DNA of 64,000 bases from Eledone cirrhosa (GCA_964016885.1 OZ024740.1:385888001-385952000), one strand, 5' to 3'. Counted from the stretch's first letter, positions 35,479 through 49,300 are shown. Numbers and translations are program-made. Notes: generated by a model from the letters alone, not told the origin.

Positions 35479-37900
35479 ATATATACATACATAGAAAGAG
35501 GTGGGGTTATATGAAAACATAAACATATATTATCATATATTTACAATAATATTATTTTTCTCTATTTTCCTCTATGAAGATATTCCTTCAATCCAGGGCC
35601 TTTTCACGCCTACTAGAGGAATCCCTCTCTGATTGTCTTCCACCGTTTTCTGTTTTGGTCATGTCATGGGGGTGTAGCTGTACTCACCATGCTTGGCCAA
35701 TTGCAGGTTGGTGAGACTATTCAACCCATAACTGGGTAAACTCATTTCTATAGCTGAGTTAACTGAAACAATGTGAAATTAAGTGTTTTGCTCTACAACA
35801 TAAGACAAAGCCTCTGTTATGCATAAACATTGCCTTAGTGCTATTTCCAATTAGAAATTATCGCTCTACATGGCTGAATAGAATAAATGTAATCTGAGTT
35901 TTTTTAATATTAATGATAATATTCAATTCATTTGCAATTATGCAAACAGCCTCTTCTTTATCAATATTCGAAAAACTCAGATTACATTTATTGTATTCAG
36001 CCATGTAGAGCGATAATTTTTTTTTTTTAATATATTTTTTATTATATATATATATGTATGTAAAAGGTAAACAGAAATAACAACACAATTGGTAGAGTAT
36101 ATTAAAGGAATATATTAGGTTAATGCTTGATATAGCAGGAAGAGGGTCTTAACATTTTGGATGCTAGTCCTTCATCAGAAGAAAGAATGAGAAATAAGAT
36201 AGATTGAAGGGACAGGCGGGGTGGAATTGAAAAAATATCTTTAGATAAAAATAACAGGTCCATTCATATTGACATCTCTTCGAATATATATATATATATA
36301 TATATAAAAGATTGAATACAAGAGCCTTGAAATAGAAATAAAGTAAGATATAGGGAATATGTAAACAAGGAATGACAATAATTTGATCCAATAACAGCAA
36401 ATGTATGAATTTATATTTTTTATAGAAATAAAAAAGAACATTTAATAATTGAATATTAGTAATAATTTTAGACATAAGGTGGGAAACCTTTATAATGCTA
36501 TTAGTGAATTGCAAAAACATGAGAATTTCTGTTAACAAAAATAATGACATTAAATTCACAAATTTGTATGCATTTGACTTATATTAACTCTTAATATGCT
36601 GTAATGATTTGGCAAAAGATATTTAAAAATAGGTTTGTTGATTCAGATGTTTATGGCATCTTTACTAGTGAACAGATCTTTAAAATTTACAATATTAGAG
36701 CAAAGACTTTAATTTCTAATGTAATGCAGTCATAGTGCTGTTTTGTACTTTTCAAGATTGTATTACAAATGTTGTTTCTTGTGGTGTAGGATGCTATTGT
36801 TAAATTATTGTTTTAGTCTTAACCCTTTAGCATGTAAACTGGCCATATCGAAGCAGAATTCTCTCACCTCTTTCTGTTTAAACTGGCCATAACTGGCTGC
36901 TCATACTTATGTTAAGGTGTTGTTCTCAAAATAAATAATATCAAAATCTCGTAGATTCGATATTATGTGAGATAAAGTGTTTGCCATGAAAATACAATAG
37001 TAAATATAGAGTAATGTAAATGTTAAATGGTTAAAACCATAGTTAGGATGTTTTTACATGGATTTTTAGAGAGTTTGTCATCAGGTGGTTCTTCTCATCT
37101 CATTTAGACTTTCACTACGTCATTCTGTGATAAATTATCTATCAAGAAGTGATCAACTTTATATTTTTTCTATCTCTTATTCAAGAGAAAAGGCAGTGCC
37201 CATGACCCTTTTCAAGACCTCCAGAATGACATAGAGAGGGAAAGAGAAATGTATCCTCAAATTGGAGAGCTGGCTTGAAACTTTTCATTAAAGACACCAT
37301 GGATTAGGTGATGTCTTTATACTGAGAGACTGATTAAGTCTACCATCCAAGTGAGCCAGAGTAAGATTTAAACATAGAACATAGAACACAAGGGGCTGGA
37401 ACAAATACCACAAGGCATCGTATCCATTGTCTAAATCAAAGGTTCTCAACGGGGGGCATATGCACCCCCGGGGGGCGTTTCAGAACTCCAGGGGGCGTTT
37501 GGGGCGTTAGGGAGGCGTTTGGAGCTTTGGAAGGCTCTTTACTTTGGTAAGTTTTATAAGCCATATTTGTATGTCTTTGAGACAGCCAGTGTGAATGCAT
37601 TTGAATGAGCATGCAGACAGCATAACTATGGTCTGACCGGAGCTGTGAGCAAGTGTGCAGGCGCGTCTAGATATTAACCAGCAATTGAGATCCTAACAAT
37701 GGAAAAGCCCACAGTCAACTGGGTCAAGGACACTTTGAGTATGACTAGTTAGAATCTTATCTTTCCTTCACCGATAACAATGTATTTCATGTCTGAAATT
37801 ATTGACTAAAATGTAACGAGTTAACACTATGTACATCTATTTTATTCCCTATTGTCTAAATAATATTACAAATAAAAAAGAAAAACAAACACAGAAGCGG

Positions 37901-38335
37901 GTAGCACACACATCTAGGACCACATACAACACATAAGCAGATAATATACGCATCTAGGACCACATACAACACATAAGCAGGTAATACACACATCTAGGAC
38001 CACATGCAACACATAAGGAGGTAGCACACACATCTAGGACCACATACAACACACAGGCAGGTAATACATACATTTAGGACCACATACAACACATAAGTAG
38101 GTAATACAAACATCTAGGACCACATACAACACATAATCAGGTAATACAAACATCTAGGACCACATACAACACATAATCAGGTAATACATACATCTAAGAC
38201 CACAATCAACACATAAGGAGGTAATACACACATCTAGGACCACATACAACACACAAGCAGGTAATACATACATCTAGGACTACCTACAACACACAGGCAG
38301 GTAATACATACATCTAGGACCAAATACAACACACA
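37901..38335. repeat. About 11 x 40-bp minisatellite inside the hAT element
   Basis: Unit GTAATACACACATCTAGGACCACATACAACACATAAGCAG with an exact 40-nt period. Confidence 0.95.
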
Positions 38336-38339
38336 TTGT

Positions 38340-38778
38340 ATCATGTGCTACGGATGACACAAGAGCAATGGTCGGACAACATAAGGGTTTCGTCACTCTT
38401 CTGAAGAGAGAAAATCTATCTGTATTTGTTGTTCATTGTGTCATTCATCAACAGCACTTGGCTGCGAAGAAACTCAGCAAGCCACTGAGCAAGTCCTTGC
38501 AGGTGGCCCTTGATGTCATCAATTTTATCAAACGGCATTCCCTCAATGAACGAATTTTCCGGCAACTGTGTCAAGATAATGACGAAGAATTCGTTAAGTT
38601 GCTCCTTCATAATGAAGTGAGGTGGCTTTCAAAGGGCAAGTGCCTTACTGACTTCTTTGAACTGTTCGACTCTATTATTGAGTTTCTACGAGGATGCATC
38701 ACAGAACTGTACAAGAAAACCCTCGATGTGAGGCAACACTGCGCCTCACATCGCCTCACTCTCAGCTGCCTTCAATAG
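38340..38778 (+). pseudogene. hAT (Buster/Charlie, SCAND3/ZBED8-like) transposase fragment
   Basis: ATD...AMVGQHKGF, HCVIH (CxxH), EVRWLSKG motifs. Confidence 0.85.
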
Positions 38779-39460
38779 TATCTTTGGAATATTATTAATC
38801 AATTTTTTAGTAATCTACTGATATCAAAATCAGTAGTATATTGAAAAATGGAAAAATAGAATGGGGGGGGGGGTCGTGATTTTGAGGGACAAAAGGGGGT
38901 GTTTGACCTAAATGGGTTGAGAACCTGTGGTCTAAATGACTCTGCCAGCCCACCACTCTAGGCTGGTACTTTATTTATTGGCCCTTCAAGAGCAGAAAAT
39001 GTGAGGTTCATGCCATTTCCAAAAAGATTGGACGATTAGGGGAATCAGCTACATTTAAGGAAAAAACCTGGATCATAGATTTCATTTATCAAGGGCTTAC
39101 AATGTACATGATCAAATTATGTTTTACAACCTCATTGTTGAGGAGTCTTGATATTACATTTTATTTTTGTTTTATTTTCATATAGTATTGTACCCTATTA
39201 GGTGTCAAAACCTAGTCACTAACACTATTCCACCACAGCTCATGCATATTTCAAATAGCTATCATGTCTCTTTCGTGATATAATTGTTTGTTTCAACAAA
39301 GTTTTAGATCAAATCGTCTGCCAAACAAGTTTAACTCCTTCTTTGATGTTTTGTTAAACTAAAATTTAACATGCATTAGTTTTATATATTTATTTTATTT
39401 TATTGTTTATATGTGTTTTTTATTGTTTATATTTGTTTTTTATTGTTTTCTTTTCTTTAG

Positions 39461-39595
39461 CTCCTGGACCACCTGGAAATTTGAAGTTCTATAATATCAT
39501 GCTGCACTCACTCAATGTCAGCTGGCTGGAACCAAGTCAACCAAATGGACTAATAAAATACTACCAGATAATATTTTCCCAGAAGTATACAGATG
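39461..39595 (+). CDS. Sdk: Sidekick exon 10 (FN3-12, N-half)
   Basis: tttAG|..|GTactg; 135 nt, phase 1-1; APGPPGNLKFYNIMLHSLNVSWLEPSQPNGLIKYYQIIFSQKYTD. Confidence 0.9.
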
Positions 39596-39691
39596 GTACT
39601 GTTCTTAAAATTGTTTCTTTACTTCATTTCCAGTTTCTTTTGCATTCCTTACACTGAACTTAGAAATATTGACTTTGAGAGAGAGAGAGAA

Positions 39692-39735
<44 letters not shown>

Positions 39736-40868
39736 CATGTATGCATTTGTGTACTTGTATACATGTCTGTGAAATTTAGAAGAATCACTAAATATGCTAT
39801 TTCCTTTAACCCTTTCATGAATATATTTCTAATGAAATAGAGTGTATTTCAATTAATTAATTAAGAATTTTTAGAGATTTATTAAAATTATTAATTATTT
39901 CATTACTAACATAGTAACTTAACATTATGGTTCTTATATAAAATTGTGTTAATTTAAATAGAAACCCTTTAAATTGGTTAGTTTTGTTTCATAGAACCAG
40001 AACCAGTTCTTGCTGAGTTGGTATCAAAAGACTTACAATATAAAAATATATATGCTATGTATTTATAATGACAGCAACAATAATAGTAAAATAATAATGA
40101 GAATAATATGAATAATTTCTTAAATTTATACAAGGTCACATTTATATATTAGGAGGCACATGGCTTAGTGGTTAGAGCATTGGCCTTGCAATTGAAAGAT
40201 TGTGAGTTCAATTCTCAGACCGGGTGATGTGTTGTTTCCTTGAGCAAGACACTTTATTTCACAATGGTCCAGCTGTAGAAATGAGATGATAGGGACTGGG
40301 TTCCCTATCATTCCACTGCAAAGTGGACGTGTAGGTGCCACGGCAAACAAGCACCCAGCACTCACTGTAAATGAGGTTGGTGTTAGGAAGGGCATCCAGC
40401 TGTAGAAATCAAGCCAGAATCAGTTCCCGTCCCACCCTTGCAAGCAGGGAAAAAGCGGACGTAAAATGAAATGAAATGAATGAAATGAAGGATAGAGGTG
40501 GAATCAATTAAATCAGTTACAACCTGACAATATGGTACTAACTGATACATAGTCTGTAAGGGTCTGTAAAGATAATTGGAAAGTCAGCACTTTCGACAGA
40601 ACTTGAATTCAGAATATAGAGGGATGAAACTAAATATGGAGCTTGAATAAGACATGATGGATTACTGCTTCTACATCTGGAATAGTGCTGTTGGGGCATA
40701 ATTGGATAGCCTAGGCCATATTTGGGTTTCTGTACTCTGAGTTCATATCTTGTTGTCATCTTTGCCTTTCAAACTTTTTAGTATTTATAAAGTACATTGC
40801 TTTTCATTCTTCTAAGGTTGATAAAAAAGAAGGTACTAATCTAGTACTGGGCTCGGCTCTCCCTCTCT

Positions 40869-40935
<67 letters not shown>

Positions 40936-41429
40936 TTCTCGATTCTTAAGTAAAGTGTAAGTATTGTAGTGAGATGTCAGGCAATAATTTATTACAATAA
41001 ATATATATATAACTTTGATATGTGTTAGTTGTTTACCAACACTTCAGAATGCAGGTTGGAGCACATAACGAAGTGCGCAGGTGGGTCTGTTTACTCCCGA
41101 GTAATGTAAAAACAAGAAGTGTAAGTCAACAGGTTAAAATTAACTTCATTTATTCATATTCACTGCTATATATATTTCAGTGATAACCATTATTCAACAG
41201 CTATGACCTGATGAGATCATAGCTGTTGAATAATGGTTATCCGAAATATATATAGCAGTGAATATGAATAAACGTAGTTAATTTTAACCTGTTGACTTAG
41301 ACTTCTTCTTTATATATATATATATATATATATATTAATTAAAGGTTAATTAGTCACTAATGCCCAAACATCTCAATGAAAGAAATATCTCAGAGGAGCA
41401 ATATATATATATATATTTTTCTTTTGCAG

Positions 41430-41591
41430 CAGGTGGTAAGAAAATGGTGCAGTTGACCATTCCTGGTGATAGATTATATTACCATGCTAAGGAGCTTGAG
41501 GAGAACAAGACATATGAATTCACTGTACAAGCCTATACGATTGAACTGGGGGAGAAGCAAGTTGGAAAAATTACAACAGGCCCTCAGATCG
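41430..41591 (+). CDS. Sdk: Sidekick exon 11 (FN3-12, C-half); CAGCAG tandem acceptor, alternative start 41433
   Basis: tgCAG|CAG..|GTaatt; phase 1-1; GGKKMVQLTIPGDRLYYHAKELEENKTYEFTVQAYTIELG...ITTGPQI. Confidence 0.9.
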
Positions 41592-44486
41592 GTAATTTAT
41601 ATCACTTGTCTTTATTAACATCCAAAGTTTGAAAATAGCTAAGACTTTATACCTGCATATATACACACAAAAACATATACTCTGTCTGATCACTATACCT
41701 GCTAGAAATAACAGACAAAATGATAATACTATCATCTGACGAAAGGAAACATTAAATATTATAGTTTTACATACATTGTCTGAATGACAGATGAGATGGC
41801 CATGGGTGGAATGCTTTTGATTATAGGTCTGCTCAGTTAGAACTGACCTACTGCTAATCCCAATAAAACTATTCATATAAGTACAATGTCACACATATGT
41901 ATATATCATCATCATTGTTTAATGTCCATTTTCCGTGCTAGCATGGGTTAAATCGTTTGTCCTGTTTGAAGCAAGTTGGGTCAGGTGATTGTGTCTTGCA
42001 CACACAGAACTGTTTCTGGCTTGGTTTCTACAGCTGAATGCCCTTCCTAACACTAACCACATTTACAGTGTGTGCAAGGTACTTTTTGTTGTGACTCCTA
42101 CATGACTACTTTACATTGTGGGCGGGGTGCTTTTTGTCGTGATACCAGCACAACCTCTTTACTGTGTCAGCTGGATGCTTTTTGTTGTGATAACAACGCG
42201 GCAACATTGCAGTTTAAAAGTGGTGTCAACAGAAGCATGGGAGGTGTATGGAAGGTAGGTTTAGAGGTTAAGAGGTACCTACTAGATGTATGTTTCAGTC
42301 CAGTTGCATGGGAAAATGGATCTTCTGTATGACAGCATAGCGCCAAAGATCTCGATCTTGTGTCATTGCTTTTGAGAGGTATAATTATGCAAGGTCACCT
42401 CATCCCAGGTCTTCCTGGATCTTCCTACTCCATAGCTTCCATTAACTTTGATCACCCAACACCTTGTTATACAGCTGTCATCCTTCATATACATCACATA
42501 ACCATCATCATCATCATCATCATGCGTCCGGATTTTCCCTGCTTGCAAGGGTGGGACGGGAACTGATTCTGGCTTGATTTCTACAGCTGGATGCCCTTCC
42601 TAACACCAACCTCATTTACAGTGAGTGCTGGGTGCTTTTTTTCCGTGGCACCTACACGACCACTTTGCAGTGGAATGATAGGGACCCCAGTCCCTATCAT
42701 CTCATTTCTACAGCTGAGTAAACTGGAACAATGTGAAATAAAGTGTCTTGCTCAAGGAAACAACACATCACCCGGTCTGAGAATTGAACTCACAACCTTT
42801 CGATTGCAAGGCCAATGCTCTAACCACTAAGCCATACCAATGCAAATCTCCTCTTTAGCATACTGCATTTGATCCCTCATAGGCTCAATTTCTCTCTGTT
42901 TATTTAAATTTTGCCGTTCATGTATATTACTATTACACATCCACTGAAGCATGCAGGCTGGAAAGTATTAGAAAAATAAATTCAGAGAAGAATACATTTT
43001 TACTATTATCAAAATTCACTCACTGCAGTTTCAAAGCATAAGAGCAATGTGAATTATCTTAACTAACCAAATCCCTCTGATGAAAAGCGTGTTCTCTCAA
43101 TGTTAATCCTCAAATGATCCTGCTACAGCCAATATTACTCACACACGATAGTAGTAGTTTACAGTCCCTGTGTGAGCAGCATCACGTGATCCAAAGGAGG
43201 AAGTTAGTATAGCATTTTCTATTTAAGAATTTGGGGCAAGAATTAAATAGATGAAATATTTATACCAATCATTGAAGCACTCAAGAATTTTCATGTATAA
43301 ATACATTAACTAGAAGTGAAATGAAAATAATAATAATAGTGTTTACAAAATTAACTGATATTGTCTTAGTCTAGCAATGACACAAGTCACATTAATTTCT
43401 GTTGTCTCTGCTCTCTCAATGAATCAGGAAAAGAATTCTTGAATTAGAGGGTTTTTTTAGAATTTAGCAAGGGATGAATAAAGCCAAAAGGATAAATTGT
43501 ATACATATATATAGTTGAAGATAAAAACACTGATAGATTTGCACAAAATCCTATTAGATTCATGCTTGTTCGAAAAGGAATATCTCAACATATCAGACAT
43601 TAGTCCTTCATTGGATGGATGGAGTATGAAATTAGGAGATAGAGGAGATTGGAAGGTTGAAAAGAGAGAAAAAAATGTTTATTGGAATGAGTGGGTGGGC
43701 AGGTAAGTAGTCCAGCATGTGTAGTAATATGCTGAGGTTGTTATGAACCATTCAGTAGCATCCCTATATTATCAAAGGAATGATCCTGATGATTTCAAGA
43801 AATTTTGGATACATCCCATAGTTTACACAACACTCATTGAAAGATATAGATATGCAATGATTGCAAAACTTTAATGATCATATTTCAAATAAGTTACATT
43901 TAACTAATTTTGAAAATATCAAAGAATTAGGTGGCATTTAATAAAATAATAAAGTTTGGCATTATTAATATCATGTTTGGAATATAATTCAATAAAAGGT
44001 TCTATAAAAGGTTTTATAATTTTATAAAAGGTTTTATAATTTTATAAAAGGTTCTAAAATCATGTTGAAGTGTTTTATCAAAAGAAAAACAAGGTTTTGT
44101 ATCATGGAACCAAAAGAGGTTTCGGGCGGGTTGATATAAAAAGGGTTAGTTCTAAAGTGACATAACTTTAACTGAGGCTAAATACCAATAACATTCAACT
44201 TGATATTACTATTTGTTTCCATACTTAACTCTTAAGATCATGTACCACCTGAAATTACATTATCAAGACATTGTTGAAATGTGAAAACCAGCACTATGAC
44301 TGCATCTCACAAGAATTAAAGTCTTTGCTCTAATACTGCAAATTTCCACAATGATTAGTCCCCTAGTAAAGTTACTATAAATATTTAAATTAACAAACCC
44401 ACTTTTTGATATTTTTTGTTAAATCATGACTGAAGGTTAAGAGTGAATGATAGTTTTATTTTTCTGCTGTATTTAAGATGATCTTT

Positions 44487-45725
44487 TTATTATTATTGTT
44501 CTTTGCGTCTCAGTCCTTGATGTTATTTAACTGGAAGGTTTGTTGAAATGAATATCAAGCCGTTACCTGCAGCCTCAGACATTCAGGACGTATCGGAGGG
44601 TTCCTGCTGTTCTCAGGCGGCATGCCTTTTGAAGTGTTCCAAAAAACGGGGCTGGACTAATCTTCTTTAACCATCCTTGGAAACTATTTTAGATAGTACC
44701 TAGTGCGTCTATGACAATCGGGACGACCTTGATTTCATGGCAGTTCCAAATCCTTTTTACCTCCCACTTTAAATCCCTCTCCTTTTCTTGCACTCTCGTG
44801 TCAAATGGGCAAGCTACATCTACAATCAGGCACAATCTTTTTTCCTTGTCCAAAACCACCAGGTTAGGCCTATTGTGTTCTAATTTCTTGTTCGTCTGTA
44901 TCCTAAAATCCCATAGCACCTTCACCTGATCGTTTTCTATCACCGACTCTGGCTTATGCTCATACCACTTCTCAGAATGTGGTAAATTGTTTACTTTGTA
45001 TAGATGCCAGTGGATCACCCTACCTTACCATCATGTCTCCAGCCTTTATAGTGAGTCTGGGCTAGGTGTTTACACTCGGATACAATGTGAGCCACAGTCT
45101 CCTCTCTCTCTCCACAGATCCTACACAGTGGGCTAGCCTCCTCCTTGTCAATATGGTGTTTCACCCACATCTTCTGAGGGCTTGTTCTTGCGCACCCATT
45201 AGCATTCCTTCTGTAGCTTTTTTAAGGTCTCCTCTTTCTAACCAGTTCCATGTCTGTGGATCTCTAAATTCCGTTTTCTTAAAGAAGGCACTATGAAGGG
45301 ATTTTTCATGAAGGTTGCTCTTCCTCCTTGTTGTTATTTCCTCCTTGGACATCTCCTGGTCTATTGTCTTCTCCTTCAGTACAATTTTGAGCATTGGCTC
45401 CCTACTGTCAGTCACATATTTGTGCAGGTTGTTTTTCTCCATCTGAACACAGTCCTCTATGCTGATAAGACCTCTTCCACCTTCAGATCTCTTTAAGTAG
45501 AGTCTATCGACATCACTCCTCTTGTGGAACATGTTGTAGATAGTCAATAGCTTCCTAGTCTTCCTATCCATTTCTTTTTGTTCAGCAACATTCCATTTCA
45601 CACTGTACCTAATAATAGACACAGCTCGGGAATTCACTGCACTTATGACATTCCTACTATTTAGATGTGATTTTAATATGCTCCTTACTCTCCTTATGTA
45701 CTCAGATCTTATCAATTCCTTCATT
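44487..45725 (-). mobile_element. 5'-truncated R4/Dong-like LINE (CCHC finger + restriction-like endonuclease), frameshifted
   Basis: DVDRLYLKRSEGGRGL; CRICGEREETVAHIVSEC; RHD; LWDF.IQT..LEHNRPNL...IVDVACP; VPIVIDALG; 3' end runs into (TAA)n. Confidence 0.85.
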
Positions 45726-45729
45726 TTTT

Positions 45730-46205
45730 AAAAATCTGTCTGGTGGCCATGGCGAAAGAGATAATATGGTGGACGCGTCTGAAAGGGCTGACGGCGAGCA
45801 CTTACCTTTTCGGTGATGCCCTGATTAACTTTTTCAAATTTCATTTGAAAAGGAAAATCAGGGTAGAGAGGGAAGTACTCTCTTCCCAGCATTTTGTTGA
45901 AAGATGGGTGAGAGAGGCAAGAATGGCCCGAGTGAATGGGCCTACTCTGAGTATGTGCCTGTAAATTGAAAGTGGAAAACTGGGAGAGGGCACTTGCTCT
46001 GGTGGTCAGAGTCACCGTGGCTTTTTTAATGGGCTTTCTCCACGATGGCCCTCAGAAGTCTCCCTCCTATTGGGGAATTTTTCATTGTTTTTTTTGTTAC
46101 ATCCTCTGTTTTTTTGTGTTTTTTTACACGCAGAAATGCCCATTTGTACCGTCCTGTATTGTCCTTAATGTTTTACTTTGTGTAAACCCTTGTGGTTAAT
46201 AAAGA
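45730..46205 (+). mobile_element. 3' fragment of a Tx1/L1-like LINE; a second 3' tip of the same family lies at about 32625-32725
   Basis: ORF 45743-45964 (KEIIWWTRLKGL...FHLKRKIRVERE..) is homologous to the C-terminus of the Tx1-like ORF2 at 59749-60063(-); AATAAA followed by (TCA)(TTA)n. Confidence 0.8.
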
Positions 46206-46213
46206 AATCATCA

Positions 46214-46257
<44 letters not shown>

Positions 46258-46265
46258 ACTTTTAG

Positions 46266-46391
46266 GATCACCTAACCCTCCAGTTTCACCACAGATTGAA
46301 ATGACTGACCGGGGAGTGAATATAACATGGGGCACAAGTTATGAAGGAGATTACCCAATTATTGGATATCTCTTGCAAGCCAAAAAGCAAG
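46266..46391 (+). CDS. Sdk: Sidekick exon 12 (FN3-13, N-half)
   Basis: tttAG|..|GTaact; 126 nt, phase 1-1; GSPNPPVSPQIEMTDRGVNITWGTSYEGDYPIIGYLLQAKKQ. Confidence 0.88.
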
Positions 46392-49300
46392 GTAACTCTT
46401 CTAAGAACCACCAAGATTAACTTTGTTGTTTATATATTGCAATGTATTTATGTTTACACTGAACAATTTGCTCTCATACATAGACACATGCACACATATA
46501 TACACGTTATTCACTGTTTATTTTCTCTCTCTCTGTCTCCCTTTTGCTCCATATTGCATACATACATGTATATGTATATGTATGTATATATATGCATGTG
46601 TGTATATATGTATGTGTATCTATATGTATGTACATGTGTATATGTATATATATATATACATGTATATATGTATGTATATATATGTATATATGTATGTATG
46701 TATATATATGTATATATGTATGTATGTATATATATGTATGTGTGTATATGTATATATATGTATATATATGTATGTGTATATATATATGCATATTCGTATA
46801 GATATAATATATATAAACATATAACATATATATATATATATATCTTTTTACTATTTGAAAGTTTATGTATGTGATGTGTGTTCCAAGTTATAGGCTACAG
46901 CTGTGCATTTAGGTAACTTAAATGTTGCACACGACAGTCATATCTTTTTAAGGAGAATATCATAGGCTATGTAACCTTTTCTGAAAAGCTCCCGAGAGAA
47001 GAACTAAATATATTATTCACCCTCAAATACTCCAATAGACACTGCAAGAAGTTACTGATTAGAAAAATAATAAAATTAGTCTTCTTCATCCATTTATTCC
47101 TGGCAGAGTCATAGGGGCAGAGTCCTCAAGCACACTTTCTAGCAGATCTTGTCAAAAGCAACCATCTCCAATTGATCTGGCTGGATCTTCAAGCAAGACC
47201 AGCTGAGCTCATGGATGTTATGCAACCATCTTGCTTGGTATCTACCCTTCAGTCTCCTGCTGGTTAGTTTTGTCTATAAAATTGGTCCAGTAATTCTTTC
47301 CTTAGACATTCTAATCAAATGTCCATAATATCAGAACTGTGATTCGGAGAAGTAGTGACTCTACCTGGAATGGCTCTATGATATCTGAGCTATGCACTTT
47401 ATTAGTTTAGAGTAATTATGTAAATTAGTATAATACATTGTATTTTTTAAATCATGTTTTCCACGAAAATGGAAAAATAAAGAGAAAAATGATTTTAGTT
47501 TCTATATTTGTTTATTAATTATTTTTTTATGTGCATTTCTATATAACTTCAAATGAACCATCTTCCCAGTGGGTTTGATGTAACAATTTTCAGTGATTCA
47601 ATATTTCAAGATGATGTGAAGATTGTTAGCATGGCATCTTTTTAAAGCAATTCATTCAAAATATAGTGACTTTGTGTGTTTCTATATATTTTAAATATCG
47701 ATGTATCTGGATAGCGCTCTGTGTGGCTCCTTGTGTGCATGTACGTATGTATACATATATGTATGGATGCACTTTGTATGTATGCATGTATGATGTATAT
47801 ATGTATGCATGTATAGAACACAATCATTTTATGGTTGTGGTTAACAACACATTTTATTACATCCTTTATATGTAGTGCACCTGAGCACTGTACACAATAA
47901 TTTTCAGTATTTTAATATATATGTATGTGTGTGTGTGCGCATGTGTATAGTGTTCAATTTGTATATCCAACAGACTAACAACATCAATTTTGAAGACACT
48001 ACTACTATATATGTATACATATATGCTTGTATGTATGTATATACGTATGTATGTGTGTAGATATATATGTGTGTCTGTGGATGGATGGATGTATGTATAT
48101 ATATATGAAGGATTCAGGACACCGGCTGAGCTCCTGCCATTTCAACAGCTAGATCCATACTGTTGAAACGGCAGGAGCTCAGCCATTAGGGTCCCAAATC
48201 CTTCATTCTACCCACTCTACTACCCCCGCATATCGAGTACTCAAGTGAGTAATGGTCTAACTGATTTTTACTGCATCCCCTCTGATTTATATATATATAG
48301 TAGAAAGACCAAGGAAAACTTGGGATGAGGTGATAAAAGCTGACCTTGCACAATTGCACCTCTCAAAGGTGATGACATAGGACTGGGATTTCTGGCATTA
48401 TGCAATAATACAGAAGACCCTCCTTCTCATGAGTACAAACTGAAGCATAGATATAGTATTCACCCCCCACCCCCATATACCTCCCATCAGTAATTAAAGA
48501 GCAGTTGTGACCTATATCAGTTCTAAGTGGTTTTGGTCTTCTACTACCGTTACAGTGGATATTAATGCTTTCTAGGTAGTATAGATAAATGAGATCTCCT
48601 GATTCCATAACCAAACTGCCTTGACAGCACATACAATATCTTTGAATAATAATGAGTCAGCCTGCCAGTATTTGTTCAGTTTTACATGGCAACTGAGATA
48701 GCTGTGACATGATCACAGCTTAAAATACTCATAGCAAAACTTATATATGTTTATTATACATATAAACATATTGTTTCTGCTGTAACCCTTTAGCATTTAA
48801 ACCAGCTGTGTCTGGCCAGAATTCTCTCACCTCTTTCTGTTCAAACTGGCTGTAACTAGCCACTCATACTGACGTTAAGGTATTGTTCTCAATAGCATCA
48901 AATAGCATCAAAATCTCATAATAGCATCAAAATCTCATAGATTCGATATTATGTGAGATAATTATGTAACATAAAGCCATTACCACAAAAATTCTATAGA
49001 ATATATAGAGTAATGTAAATGCTAAAGAACATAAGTTGGCAAATTTATGTACATTATGTAATGTATCATACCATATGATGTTTAGATACTGTTTGTGTTG
49101 TTATTGTTGAGGATTTTGTTTTAAAGATTCTGTTGAAATAGTTATTGATATTTAAGAAAACTATTAATATAAAATTTTGAGCGAGAGAATTGACATTTGT
49201 TGTTTTTTGGGGTATGGCTCTTATCTCTGTACTAGATTTTCCCAGGTAGGTTGTACTATTATATAAATTTACCTCAGACTGTAGAATATAGACACTGCCA

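Larger units (their letters stand above)
37437..38929 (+). mobile_element. Internally deleted hAT (Charlie/Buster-type) DNA transposon
   Basis: 8-bp TSD GTCTAAAT (37429-37436 and 38930-38937); TIR CA(A/C)AGGTTCTCAAC; GGCGTT subterminal repeats; transposase fragment. Confidence 0.9.

Noticed and set aside
37901-38335. 40-bp periodic array as a CRISPR array
   Set aside because: The whole unit repeats with no unique spacers, there are no cas genes, and the context is a eukaryotic intron
41736-41752. CTGACGA..GAAA as a hammerhead; also CTGATGA at 2852, 43077 and 53249
   Set aside because: Required stems or the GAAA box cannot be formed; at best unrecognisably decayed
1626-46391. Host gene as Dscam or a receptor phosphatase
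   Set aside because: Seven consecutive FN3 repeats follow Sidekick motifs in order (VPSSGP, AFT..GDG, GWG, ATNDIG, FVG.A, TTGP); no mutually exclusive exon arrays were seen
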